Part shown: piece by piece, positions 8,259-17,718 of the stretch
Position numbering within the stretch: position 1 is the first letter of the stretch
Layout: each line of letters opens with the position of its first letter
Assembly (NCBI GenBank): GCA_964499695.1
Contig: CAZCMD010000003.1
Span: forward strand, 12,842-76,841
Source of the DNA: an uncultured Desulfatiglans sp.
GTDB taxonomy: Bacteria > Desulfobacterota > DSM-4660 > Desulfatiglandales > HGW-15
Direction: 5' to 3'
Length of the DNA: 64,000 nucleotides
The notes under the pieces: generated by a model
The model's input: the letters and a program-made list of their open reading frames with translations, nothing else
What the model was told of the DNA's origin: nothing
The model's database searches: none
Program-made: the position numbers and the translations under genes

Positions 8259-10589
8259 ATGTATAAAATACTGGTAAGTTTTCTGATACGTTTCAGGATA
8301 CTGGGTCTGATAGCCATGGCTGTCATAACCGGATTTTTCGCAACTCAGATAATCAATATGGAGATGTATACCCAGTTTCTTGATCTTTTTCCGCACAACC
8401 ATCCCTATGTCCAGGTTCATGAGAAATACAGCAAGTACTTTGGAAGTGCCTATCAGGCAAACCTGATGATTGAGGTCAGGGAGGGTACAGTTTTTAATAT
8501 CGATACCCTTGAAAAAATCAGCAGGATACAGATGGAGGTCGATCTGATACCAGGGGTAGATCACTTCGGGATTTCTTCACTTGCCAGTCCCCGTGAGACA
8601 GTTGCAAGAGAAACACCTGATGGCATATCTGTCAAGCCCATCATGAAGAATCCCCCCAGGGACATAGAAGAAATCAACGACCTCAGGAGAAAGGTATTTA
8701 CCAGCCAGGCATACGGCACACTGGTTTCAAGGGACCAGAAGGCATTGATCCTGAATGCCAACTTTCACCAGGGGCGGCTTGATTTTAATCTCCTTTTTGA
8801 TAAATTCATGGAGATCAAAAAGAAGGAAGAAGACAAAAATCACAGGATATATCTCAGCGGTCAACCGCTTCTTTACGGGTGGATATACCATTACCTTCCT
8901 GACATGGGTATCATTTTCATTTCAACAACCGTTGTAATGCTCATCATGCTTTTTATGTATATGAGGGGCTTTGGATTCTGGTGGATACCATTATTAACCG
9001 CCATTATAAGCAGTGTATGGGGGCTTGGCATCGCAGCCATGTGGGGCTTTCATTTCGATCCGCTTATTATAGTTATTCCTTTTCTGTTGAGTGCACGGGC
9101 AATCAGTCACTCAATTCAATGGTACGAAAGGTTCATCGAGGAATACAGTGTCCTTGGAGATACTAAAGAGGCCGCCATGTTGACCGGCGCAGGCATGTTT
9201 CCTCCCGGAATGATCGGGATAGTAACAGATGCCGCAGGGCTCTTCATTATAAGCCTGGCCCCTGTGCCCATACTAAAAAACCTGGCTTACCTTGGAACGA
9301 CATGGGCCCTCAGCGTTATCTTTGCTGTCCTGGTTTTTATGCCGATGTTCTTTGCCACATTAAAACATGTGAAGGTGCCGGTGTCAAAAAAGATAGAAAA
9401 AGGTATTCTGGTCCGAACCCTTTCTGTCCTTACCGGCTGGACCTTTGGAAAGGGAAGATTTGCAGTTCTCGCAATAGCAGGCATTCTACTGATTTTTGGA
9501 ATCATCTCTTCAAGGCAACTGAAATTCGGGGATGCAAATCCGGGGAGCCCGATCTTCTGGCAGGATGCGCCCTATAATACAGACACCGAACAGATTAACA
9601 GCCGTTTTCCGGGCGTTGACCAGATGTGGGTGGTATTTGAATCAAGCGGTGACTATCCTGCAATTGTTCAGCCCGAACTCATGCAGGGAATGGAATCTCT
9701 CAAACAGTATATAATTGATGATCCAAATGTTGGTCATGCCCTTTCACTGGCAGACCTTGTAAAAAGCGTGGGTATGCTGGCATATGGCAATGATCCCAAA
9801 TTTGAATCCATACCTTCGGACAGAGGCGCTATTCATGATCTCCTGTCATTCTACAAAATGGGGGCAACCGCAGGGGATCTGGACAAATGGGCAGAACCAA
9901 CACTCAGCGCTGCCAATGTAAGGATATTCCTGAAGGATCACAGGGGAGACACACTGGTAGAGGTAATAGACCGGATCAAAAAATTCATCGCTGAAAACAA
10001 GGACTCAATGGGTAATTCCGTAATGAAACCTGCCGGTGGTCTGGGCGGGATACTGGTTGCCGCCAATGAGGTTATTGCCGAGAAAAACGATCAGTTGCTT
10101 TATCTGGTCTTAGGCATAATCTTCATTCTCTGTTCAATAACGTATCGTTCATTTACAGCAGGATTCATGTTCGTGTTTTCACTTGTCCTGGCTAATTTTT
10201 TTGCCTTTTCATACATGGTTTACCGGAATCTGGGACTTAATATCAACACACTTCCCGTAGTCTCACTTGGAATAGGCCTCGGGGTTGACTATGGTCTCTA
10301 CATTATAAGCCGTATAAAGGAAACCTATATTAAGGAAAAGGACCTGTCAAAGGCAGTAATAAAGGGTGTAACGACTTCAGGCAGGGCGGTTTTCATGACT
10401 GCTACCATGATGACCATAGGAGTTGTATTCTGGTATTTCTCACCATTGCGATTTCAGGCGGAGATGGGAATATTGCTTGGAATTCTCATGATGTCCAACA
10501 TGTTTGTCGGCATTGTGATTCTTCCGGCTATCGTCAATGTAATAAAACCAAGGTTTATTCTTGGGAAGAAAGGCAGCAATATTTTGTAA
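8259..10589 (+). CDS. RND-superfamily (MMPL/HpnN-like) inner-membrane transporter
   Basis: 776 aa with two hydrophobic 6-TM bundles, each preceded by a large soluble loop. It sits with the DUF1302/DUF1329/BNR partners. Confidence 0.8.
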   Translation: MYKILVSFLIRFRILGLIAMAVITGFFATQIINMEMYTQFLDLFPHNHPYVQVHEKYSKYFGSAYQANLMIEVREGTVFNIDTLEKISRIQMEVDLIPGVDHFGISSLASPRETVARETPDGISVKPIMKNPPRDIEEINDLRRKVFTSQAYGTLVSRDQKALILNANFHQGRLDFNLLFDKFMEIKKKEEDKNHRIYLSGQPLLYGWIYHYLPDMGIIFISTTVVMLIMLFMYMRGFGFWWIPLLTAIISSVWGLGIAAMWGFHFDPLIIVIPFLLSARAISHSIQWYERFIEEYSVLGDTKEAAMLTGAGMFPPGMIGIVTDAAGLFIISLAPVPILKNLAYLGTTWALSVIFAVLVFMPMFFATLKHVKVPVSKKIEKGILVRTLSVLTGWTFGKGRFAVLAIAGILLIFGIISSRQLKFGDANPGSPIFWQDAPYNTDTEQINSRFPGVDQMWVVFESSGDYPAIVQPELMQGMESLKQYIIDDPNVGHALSLADLVKSVGMLAYGNDPKFESIPSDRGAIHDLLSFYKMGATAGDLDKWAEPTLSAANVRIFLKDHRGDTLVEVIDRIKKFIAENKDSMGNSVMKPAGGLGGILVAANEVIAEKNDQLLYLVLGIIFILCSITYRSFTAGFMFVFSLVLANFFAFSYMVYRNLGLNINTLPVVSLGIGLGVDYGLYIISRIKETYIKEKDLSKAVIKGVTTSGRAVFMTATMMTIGVVFWYFSPLRFQAEMGILLGILMMSNMFVGIVILPAIVNVIKPRFILGKKGSNIL

Positions 10590-10641
10590 ACAAAGACTGT
10601 CAATTAATAAAAAGATCAACAACTAAATCAAGGAGGGGAAG

Positions 10642-12207
10642 ATGATAAAATTTAACTGGAAAATGGGATATGTAATGCTCATTGTCTCAGGTTTTTTGGC
10701 TTTTCTATCGCCGTCCCGCAGCTCGGCTCTTGATGATGTCAACTTGAGCGATGATACTCAATTGAGTGTTTATGGCTGGTTCAGGAACAATCTTGGTGTT
10801 TTTACGGATGAACAGACTTATGTTCAAAACGGGAATGATCTGGCAACGGCAAGGACATGGCTCAGGGTTTACGGTGATCTCAAATTCTCTGACAAGTTGA
10901 GTTTTTTCACGGGCATACAATTCGTATACGAACCTGAATACGACATCGAGGAGGGATCAATAAGTGACCAGTATCATAGCGGAAAGGTATACAGTGAATA
11001 TGACAAAATCACAGATGTGCTGCGTGAAATATATGTTGACTGGCGTCCGTCTGATAAGCACAGTATAAGGCTTGGCCGTCAGATTGTTATATGGGGTGAA
11101 TCCCTTACAACGCGCGTAGGGGATGTTATTCATCCTGAAGATCAGCGCTTTACCTTTGCCTTCGCAAATATGGAAGATACCCGTATCCCTCTATGGATGA
11201 TTAAGGGACTCCATTATTTTGACGCAATAAACGGAAGCATAGAATGGCTTGTATCTCCCAATATTATCCATGAAAAGGAGTATCTTGTTAATCGTTCCGG
11301 AGAATTTCCGCAGGCTGATCAGGATGGTGTAATTCAGCCCGGACAAAGATTTGGTCTTTACCCTGAAGACAGGACAGCAGCCGGAAATCCTATCATCAGA
11401 TCATTTGCTCCTCCCTTTCCGGGCGCCCCCTTCATGGTTCCATTTGAAATCCCGCATGTTTTTGATGAATACCCGCGGAATACCGCGGATGATCTTCGGT
11501 ATGGTTTCAAGACAAGTACATTTTTAGGCGGGTACGAATTTGGAATGATGTACTATCACACCCAGAGCTATGATCCGGTTATAAAATATGGAGAATTGCA
11601 TGCCTCGCCCATGCCTGGGATTATACCCCCTACCAGAGACTATATTATGGTGCATCCGGAGATCGATATCTTCGGTTTTTACGGCAATAAGGATATACCG
11701 ATTGGTATGCTCAGGGCAGAGATGATTTATATACCGGATAAGCCCTATAACACATTTGACCGGACAGACGCTGATGCCGTTACCGAAACAGATTATGCCA
11801 AATACATGATAGCCTGGGACCTAAACGGCCTGTTTTATTTTCCATGGCACAAATCAGCCCCGTTTGATGTGAGCCTTGAGCACGTGGGGGAGTGGGTGAA
11901 TGACAATGATGATGTCCAGCATGCAATATATAATACAGAGATTGAAGAATGGACTCCATCCTTTAATGGAAGGATATCAACCAACTTTTTCTACAACAAG
12001 CTTTCTACGGAACTGATTGTATCATACGCAACAAAGGATAAAAGCGGCCTTGTTATGCCGGTAGTTAAATATACTCCAAGCTGGCAAAACAAGGCGCTCT
12101 CATTTGAACTGCGGTATATAAATATATTTGGTGAGAGCAATTACAGCGGTCTTGGTATCTTACAGCAGAAGGACATGTTTGTATTAACATCACAGTTCAA
12201 TTTTTAA
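10642..12207 (+). CDS. DUF1302-family outer-membrane protein
   Basis: Signal peptide, then IRLGRQIVIWGESL...DVIHPEDQR, the characteristic DUF1302 core. Aromatic C-terminal residue (QFNF). Confidence 0.7.
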   Translation: MIKFNWKMGYVMLIVSGFLAFLSPSRSSALDDVNLSDDTQLSVYGWFRNNLGVFTDEQTYVQNGNDLATARTWLRVYGDLKFSDKLSFFTGIQFVYEPEYDIEEGSISDQYHSGKVYSEYDKITDVLREIYVDWRPSDKHSIRLGRQIVIWGESLTTRVGDVIHPEDQRFTFAFANMEDTRIPLWMIKGLHYFDAINGSIEWLVSPNIIHEKEYLVNRSGEFPQADQDGVIQPGQRFGLYPEDRTAAGNPIIRSFAPPFPGAPFMVPFEIPHVFDEYPRNTADDLRYGFKTSTFLGGYEFGMMYYHTQSYDPVIKYGELHASPMPGIIPPTRDYIMVHPEIDIFGFYGNKDIPIGMLRAEMIYIPDKPYNTFDRTDADAVTETDYAKYMIAWDLNGLFYFPWHKSAPFDVSLEHVGEWVNDNDDVQHAIYNTEIEEWTPSFNGRISTNFFYNKLSTELIVSYATKDKSGLVMPVVKYTPSWQNKALSFELRYINIFGESNYSGLGILQQKDMFVLTSQFNF

Positions 12208-12240
12208 TGACCTGTTCTATTTGCTAAAGGGAGGCAAAAA

Positions 12241-13482
12241 ATGAAAATGAAAATTAGAAAACAAGTAATATTAGCCGGTCTTTCAGGTTTACTGCTTGCA
12301 TTGTGCCTGAGCTTTATTGTTCCTGCCCAGGAAAGCATGCCCCAACCCGGTACAACAATAGATAAGAATAATTATTCACAATATAAAGATTTTTTTCCGG
12401 ATTTTTTTCATGAGGCATTTACAACAGGTTGGGAGATGGTAGAGCCCCTGAAGATAACTATTCAGGCCACATCATCAAACCCTGTGCCCAAACCCTTCCT
12501 GGAGGCCACTGCCAAAAATAAGGGTAAGTATTCCATTGATTCCTCCGGATATATAGCAGGAGGCGATTATAAGGATATTGTGGGATTTCCATTTCCTGAT
12601 TTGAACCCTGATGACAAGGATTTTGCAGTCAAATTTATGTGGAATTTCGATTACCGGTATAAACTGGATGATATGTATGCCATGTTTTTGAATTATGAAA
12701 AGAGGAAGGGTGAACCAACGGTCCTGTCAACTGTAGAATCATGGCAGGTATCATTCCAGAATAGAATGTTCGAGGATCCAAAACCCCTGTACCAGACAGC
12801 CAATGGCCTGAGGTCTGTGAACTTCCTTAGAAATGTCTCCCCGCCTGTTCAGAAAAATTTCATGACACTGCTCATAAGGTATATAGACCAGAAGGAGCCA
12901 GACGCCACTTTCCTTTACCTGCCGAGCATGAGACGGACATTAAGGGGAGAGGCCGGAGAAAGATCAACCCCGATCCAGTCATCCACTCAGGCACCTGATG
13001 ATTTCGAAGGAGGGTTCAATGGCCGTATCCCGGAATTCAAATACAACTATCTGGGCGAGAAAAAAATAATCGTTCTGGCAGATGCCAAACTTGGTTTCAA
13101 GGATGTGAAGGATTCCCATTCCAATATGATCCCTGTAGAAAACAAAGGGTGGGAAGTAAAGGATGTCTATATTTTTGAAATAACCCCGAAAGATCCCAAG
13201 TATCCCCATGGGAAGAAGGTTATTTATATAGACAGGGAAAACTACTGGCCCTACTACTGCGCAGGCTGGGATCGTGCAGGCGCCCTGTGGAAGGTATGGC
13301 AGACAGCTATAACAAAACAGGCTAATGCCAAAGGCGAAGCCTTCCCCTATTTCAAGGGTATGCTGGGGGTGGATGTTCAGCTCGGTTACGCTGTCAACAT
13401 GTTTACGGACTGGCAGGCCAATGGAAATAATTTAAAAGAGTCAGATGTCTCTGTTTCTTCCATGCGCAGAAGGGCAAGGTAG
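12241..13482 (+). CDS. DUF1329-family (LolA-like) periplasmic protein
   Basis: Signal peptide; size and position immediately after DUF1302 as in the conserved pair. The family call is from pattern memory only. Confidence 0.65.
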   Translation: MKMKIRKQVILAGLSGLLLALCLSFIVPAQESMPQPGTTIDKNNYSQYKDFFPDFFHEAFTTGWEMVEPLKITIQATSSNPVPKPFLEATAKNKGKYSIDSSGYIAGGDYKDIVGFPFPDLNPDDKDFAVKFMWNFDYRYKLDDMYAMFLNYEKRKGEPTVLSTVESWQVSFQNRMFEDPKPLYQTANGLRSVNFLRNVSPPVQKNFMTLLIRYIDQKEPDATFLYLPSMRRTLRGEAGERSTPIQSSTQAPDDFEGGFNGRIPEFKYNYLGEKKIIVLADAKLGFKDVKDSHSNMIPVENKGWEVKDVYIFEITPKDPKYPHGKKVIYIDRENYWPYYCAGWDRAGALWKVWQTAITKQANAKGEAFPYFKGMLGVDVQLGYAVNMFTDWQANGNNLKESDVSVSSMRRRAR

Positions 13483-13604
13483 CTTTTTATAATTGTAATT
13501 TTTTTCGCTTCACCCTCCCCGTTCCCCCGATCTCATGATGGATGGGGCGGTGAGGGTGTTAACAAGCATACAGAAATTATGCTGTAGTTTGAGATGGATA
13601 TATA

Positions 13605-14633
13605 ATGACCAGAAGAGAAAATGCCCTTATTGCCTATCATCATGGGGTGCCGGCATTCATACCTGCATTATTTACGGATATCTCTATCTTACAGGCCAGG
13701 CCGCAAATGGAACGTTATTGCGGTCTTGATTCGGGTCTTGATGAGTTCGGTATTGATTGGACCTATGTACCGCAGGCAAGGGCACCAATGCCCACCGCAG
13801 GAAAAATAATGTTTGAGGATATTAATGACTGGAAAAACCATGTAAAGTTTCCGGACCTGGAGGCTGTTGACTGGGAAAAACAGGCGAATATCGATGTCCA
13901 TACGGATTTTATGGCATTGGTCGCTGGCGCCGGTATTGTTCCAAGGGCCGACGGGAAAAGTGCATATGATGAAGAGAAACTGGTTTTATGCATGGTCATC
14001 AATGGACCTTTTGAACGTTTACACGCCATGATGGGATTTGAAAATGCGCTGATGGCCCTGGCCTCTGATCCGGATGAATGTTATGCCTATTTCAAAGCGA
14101 TTGCTGACTGGAAGATAGAGTATTTTAAGAAAATTGTTAGATATTATAAAGTAGATGTTATTAATGCACATGATGATTATGGAGCTGCAGATCGTATGTT
14201 CATGGCACCGGATACCTGGAGAAAACTTATCAAACCTCATTTAAAGAGAATGGTTGATGCGTGCCATGAGGCAGGAGTGATGTATCAACACCACAGTTGC
14301 GGTCACATTGAACCGATTTTTAAAGATTTTGTTGAGATTGGCGTTGATGCAATTGATCCCCTGCAGGCAGGAAGTAATAAAAACCTTGGTGAACTGAAGT
14401 TAATATTTGGAGATAAGATTACATTTTGCGGTGGTTTTGACAATCAGAAGGTTTTGGAAAAACCCGGGGTAACTTCAGAGGAAATCAAGACAGAATACCG
14501 CAGGGCAATTGATACCCTGGCGCCGGGGGGAAGTTATGTAGCATTTCCAATTACCATAGGGTTTGATTTTGTAGGGCCGTTTCTGGAAGAACATTTTCAA
14601 TATGGCATGGGATTTTATGCAAATCAACAGTAG
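13605..14633 (+). CDS. uroporphyrinogen-decarboxylase (URO-D) family protein, MtaA/CmuA-like methyltransferase type
   Basis: 342 aa with an N-terminal 'RENALIAYHHG' and a C-terminal 'HSCGHIEPIF..F.E.GVDAIDPLQ' pattern typical of URO-D-fold cobalamin-dependent methyltransferases. Confidence 0.65.
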   Translation: MTRRENALIAYHHGVPAFIPALFTDISILQARPQMERYCGLDSGLDEFGIDWTYVPQARAPMPTAGKIMFEDINDWKNHVKFPDLEAVDWEKQANIDVHTDFMALVAGAGIVPRADGKSAYDEEKLVLCMVINGPFERLHAMMGFENALMALASDPDECYAYFKAIADWKIEYFKKIVRYYKVDVINAHDDYGAADRMFMAPDTWRKLIKPHLKRMVDACHEAGVMYQHHSCGHIEPIFKDFVEIGVDAIDPLQAGSNKNLGELKLIFGDKITFCGGFDNQKVLEKPGVTSEEIKTEYRRAIDTLAPGGSYVAFPITIGFDFVGPFLEEHFQYGMGFYANQQ

Positions 14634-14720
14634 AAAATTACAGAACGAATCAACAATACCGGCAAACCTTGCAGGGATGCTGGCCGTGATCAATTATTAA
14701 GAATAAATGGAGATATTATT

Positions 14721-15644
14721 ATGGGAAAAGTTATAATTACAGCAGCTCTTACGGGAGCTATCCACACGCCATCCATGTCGGAATATCTTCCGTTCAGGAT
14801 AGAAGATATGGTTGAAGAGGCGGTCAGGTCATATAATGCAGGCGCAGCCGTAGTACATGTACATGCAAGAAATCCGGAAAACGGTATACCCTCTTCCAGT
14901 GTTGAGATATTCAGGGAGATATTAAGCCGTATAAAGGCTGAATGCAATGCGGTTATTACACCTACAACAGGAGGGAGTTATACAATGACTCCAAAGGAAA
15001 GGCTGGCTGTGGTAAGCGCCCTCAAGCCTGAAATGGCCACATTCAACGCAGGTTCTCTGAATTTTGCATTGTACCCGGTTCTGGAAAAGTACAGGGAATT
15101 CAAATATGACTGGGAGGAAGGCTATCTGAAGGGTACAGAGAGCTTTATCTTTTCCAACCATTTTGAATCGTTACATATCTATTCAAAGACAATGAATGAG
15201 ACAGGCACAAGGCCTGAAATAGAGATATATGATGTGGGGCAGATAAATAATGTAGCCCAGCTCTTAAGAGAAGGATACCTGAAGAAACCTGTATATCTCC
15301 AGTATGTTATGGGCATCCTGGGCGGCATTCCCGCAACTGCTGACAACCTTCTGTATCTGATAAGGGAGTCAAAAAGATTACTTAAGGAAGATTTCATATG
15401 GTCTGTCTGTGCAGCAGGAAAATTCCAGTTTTCCATGGGTGTCATCAATGTACTTGAAGGGGGTTTCTGGAGGGTTGGGCTGGAAGACAACCTTTACATA
15501 GAGAAAGGCGTGCTTGCTAAAAGTAGCGCTGAACAGGTTGAGAAGGCGATCCGTATTATTCGTGAACTCGGGTATGAACCTGCAACGCCTGATGAGGCCA
15601 GGGAGATATTGGGATTAAAAGGGATTGGAAAGGTAGAATACTGA
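14721..15644 (+). CDS. BKACE-family beta-keto acid cleavage enzyme (DUF849, Kce-like); candidate triacetate acetoacetate-lyase
   Basis: KVIITAALTGAIHTP and AAVVHVHARNPENG (His-x-His zinc site) are hallmark BKACE motifs. Confidence 0.8.
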   Translation: MGKVIITAALTGAIHTPSMSEYLPFRIEDMVEEAVRSYNAGAAVVHVHARNPENGIPSSSVEIFREILSRIKAECNAVITPTTGGSYTMTPKERLAVVSALKPEMATFNAGSLNFALYPVLEKYREFKYDWEEGYLKGTESFIFSNHFESLHIYSKTMNETGTRPEIEIYDVGQINNVAQLLREGYLKKPVYLQYVMGILGGIPATADNLLYLIRESKRLLKEDFIWSVCAAGKFQFSMGVINVLEGGFWRVGLEDNLYIEKGVLAKSSAEQVEKAIRIIRELGYEPATPDEAREILGLKGIGKVEY

Positions 15645-15646
15645 AG

Positions 15647-15768
15647 AAGGGTTCAAGGGCCCAAGGGTTCAAGGGAAAAGGTCCGGCACATGGCTCAAGG
15701 TGCAGGGCGCAGGGAAAGATAAAAAAGATGACATTACTGTAGGGGCAGGCCTGCGTGCCTGCCCGCAG
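15647..15768. repeat. intergenic tandem 13-mer (aagggttcaaggg x2) plus TGTAGGGGCA-type hairpin (gggcaggc-N6-gcctgccc)
   Basis: 13-mers at 15647-15659 and 15663-15675; 8-bp stem at about 15743-15764. Confidence 0.5.
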
Positions 15769-15820
15769 ATGATTGTACAGTATAAGAGGCACAGGGCAAC
15801 TACTTAATAGAAAGGAGAAA

Positions 15821-16609
15821 ATGATGAAAAAGGGTGATGAATTGTTAAAGGATCTTTTTGATATATCGGGAAAGGTGGCCATTGTTACAGGTGCAACCGG
15901 GGGTTTTGGGAGTGTAATAAGTATGGCACTTGCTATGGCAGGTGCAAAGGTCATGGCCACAGGACGTGGTGAGGATAAACTTAAATCGCTTGTAGAAAAG
16001 ATAAAAAAGGAAGGCGGGGTCGCATCTTTTACAGCAGGATCTCCTGTAAATCATGATGATGTAAAGAGGGTAGTAAAGGAAACAGTTAACACCTTCGGGA
16101 GGGTGGACATTCTTATTACTGCGGCCGGTACGAGTAAACCTGCTCCGATTATTGAACAGCCCCTTGAAGAATGGGAAATGATAATGGATACCAATGTAAA
16201 AGGTACTTACCTGTTCTGCAAGGAAGCAGGAAAGGTGATGATTGAACAGGGTAAGGGCGGAAAGGTTGTCCTTTTGGGTTCAGCAAGGGGTGATCTGGGT
16301 ATGGCCAATTACTCCGGTTACAGTACTTCAAAGGGAGCTGTCCATCTTCTTGCAAAGACCCTAGGTTGTGAATGGGGGCAGTACGGAATAAATGTAAATG
16401 CCATAGCGCCCACTGTTTTCAGAACAGCTTTGACCCAGTGGATGTTTGATGACAATGCATTCTACAAGAATTTTTTAAAACGGATTCCAATAGGCAGGCT
16501 TGGAGAACCGGAAGATTTTATCGGCATAGTGATATACCTTTGTTCAAAGGCCTCGGATTTTATAACGGGAGCTATTATACATACTGACGGCGGTTATGCT
16601 GCCGGATAA
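15821..16609 (+). CDS. short-chain dehydrogenase/reductase; candidate phloroglucinol reductase
   Basis: ORF 15773..16609, start moved to ATG 15821 (AAAGGAGAAA-ATG). TGATGGFGS cofactor motif and YSTSK catalytic motif. Confidence 0.85.
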   Translation: MMKKGDELLKDLFDISGKVAIVTGATGGFGSVISMALAMAGAKVMATGRGEDKLKSLVEKIKKEGGVASFTAGSPVNHDDVKRVVKETVNTFGRVDILITAAGTSKPAPIIEQPLEEWEMIMDTNVKGTYLFCKEAGKVMIEQGKGGKVVLLGSARGDLGMANYSGYSTSKGAVHLLAKTLGCEWGQYGINVNAIAPTVFRTALTQWMFDDNAFYKNFLKRIPIGRLGEPEDFIGIVIYLCSKASDFITGAIIHTDGGYAAG

Positions 16610-16629
16610 CCTCATTTTAGAAAAAATAG

Positions 16630-16709
16630 CTGTAGGGGCACAGCGCACTGTGCCCTCTCGGTCACATTGCATTATGCCAGAACGGGCACGCTGCGGCGTG
16701 CCCCTACAG
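16630..16709. repeat. TGTAGGGGCA-type double-hairpin REP-like element
   Basis: ctgtaggggcacag-cgca-ctgtgccc ... gggcacgc-tgcg-gcgtgcccctacag, with terminal ctgtag/ctacag complementarity. Confidence 0.5.
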
Positions 16710-16776
16710 TTAAATAACAATGTGATTTTGACCAGGATAACAATTTTTATAAACATGACATAAAAGGTGCTGCAGG

Positions 16777-17718
16777 ATGTCTGAAATAATGAAAATAACC
16801 GTTATTGGCGCCGGCCTTATGGGGCATGGCATTGCGCAGGTTTTTGCTCAAAATGGATACCCGGTTACATTGATGGATTTAAATGAGGAGTTTCTTGCCA
16901 ATGCGGCAAAAAATATCCGGGCAAATCTGACTTTAATGGCCGAAAATGGTATCGGCTCTTATAATGATATTGATTCGATAATTTCCAGGATAAAATTTAC
17001 TATGGAGATGTCTGAGGCAGTATCCGAAGCAGATTTTGTGGTTGAGGCCGTTTCAGAAAATCTTGACCTGAAACAGAATATATTCCAGAAACTGGATTCC
17101 CTGTGCCGGCGGGAAACAATACTTGCCACAAATACCTCTGTTATAAGCATTACGGAAATAGCTTCGAAATCAATATACCGTGACAGGATCGTTGGTACCC
17201 ACTTCTGGAACCCGCCATACCTGATCCCGCTGGTTGAGGTAGTCCGTGGAAAGGATACATCAGATGGAACAATGGATAAGACTTTTTCTCTGCTCCAATC
17301 TGTGGGGAAGCATCCTGTCCGTGTAAATAAAGACGTTCCCGGGTTTGTAGCCAATCGTTTACAGCATGCACTCTGGCGTGAAGCCATCTCAATTGTCGAG
17401 AAAGGTATCGCTGATGCAGCAACGGTTGATGAATGTGTAAAATACGGGTTCGGTTTAAGGCTGCCGGTCCTTGCTCCTATGGAAAATGCTGACATGGTCG
17501 GGACAGATCTTACACTTGCCATTCATGATTATATCCTGAAACACCTTGAGAGTTCGCCTGAACCATCTCCTCTATTGAGGAAACTGGTTGAGGAAAAAAG
17601 TCTTGGGTTTAAGTCCGGTAAGGGATTTCAGGAATGGCCTGAGAATAAAGCCAACGAGTCAAGAAAGAGGCTCCGGAAATACCTGATGGGAGTAATAAAA
17701 GAGGGAGTTAAAGCATAA
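16777..17718 (+). CDS. 3-hydroxyacyl-CoA-dehydrogenase-fold NAD-dependent dehydrogenase
   Basis: ITVIGAGLMGHGIAQVFA Rossmann motif and HFWNPP motif typical of the Hbd/FadB-N/L-carnitine dehydrogenase family. Confidence 0.85.
   Translation: MSEIMKITVIGAGLMGHGIAQVFAQNGYPVTLMDLNEEFLANAAKNIRANLTLMAENGIGSYNDIDSIISRIKFTMEMSEAVSEADFVVEAVSENLDLKQNIFQKLDSLCRRETILATNTSVISITEIASKSIYRDRIVGTHFWNPPYLIPLVEVVRGKDTSDGTMDKTFSLLQSVGKHPVRVNKDVPGFVANRLQHALWREAISIVEKGIADAATVDECVKYGFGLRLPVLAPMENADMVGTDLTLAIHDYILKHLESSPEPSPLLRKLVEEKSLGFKSGKGFQEWPENKANESRKRLRKYLMGVIKEGVKA

Noticed and set aside
13511-13558. Hairpin caccctccccg ... cggtgagggtg after the DUF1329 gene as a terminator
   Set aside because: The stem has a mismatch and the loop is 26 nt. 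The T-run precedes rather than follows the stem, so it is too weak to call.
15647-15675. The tandem aagggttcaaggg repeats as a CRISPR array
   Set aside because: There are only two 13-bp units 3 nt apart, with no spacers of CRISPR length and no cas genes anywhere in the window.
14721-17718. The BKACE + hydroxyacyl-DH + SDR trio as a carnitine or lysine-fermentation (Kce) cluster
   Set aside because: This reading is not fully excluded, because BKACE and HADH-fold pairs also serve carnitine catabolism. However, no aminomutase, lysine-pathway or betaine genes are present. The immediate neighbours are PhlG-like, CHI-sized and enoate-reductase genes, so the phloroglucinol reading fits better. Subfamily phylogeny is needed.
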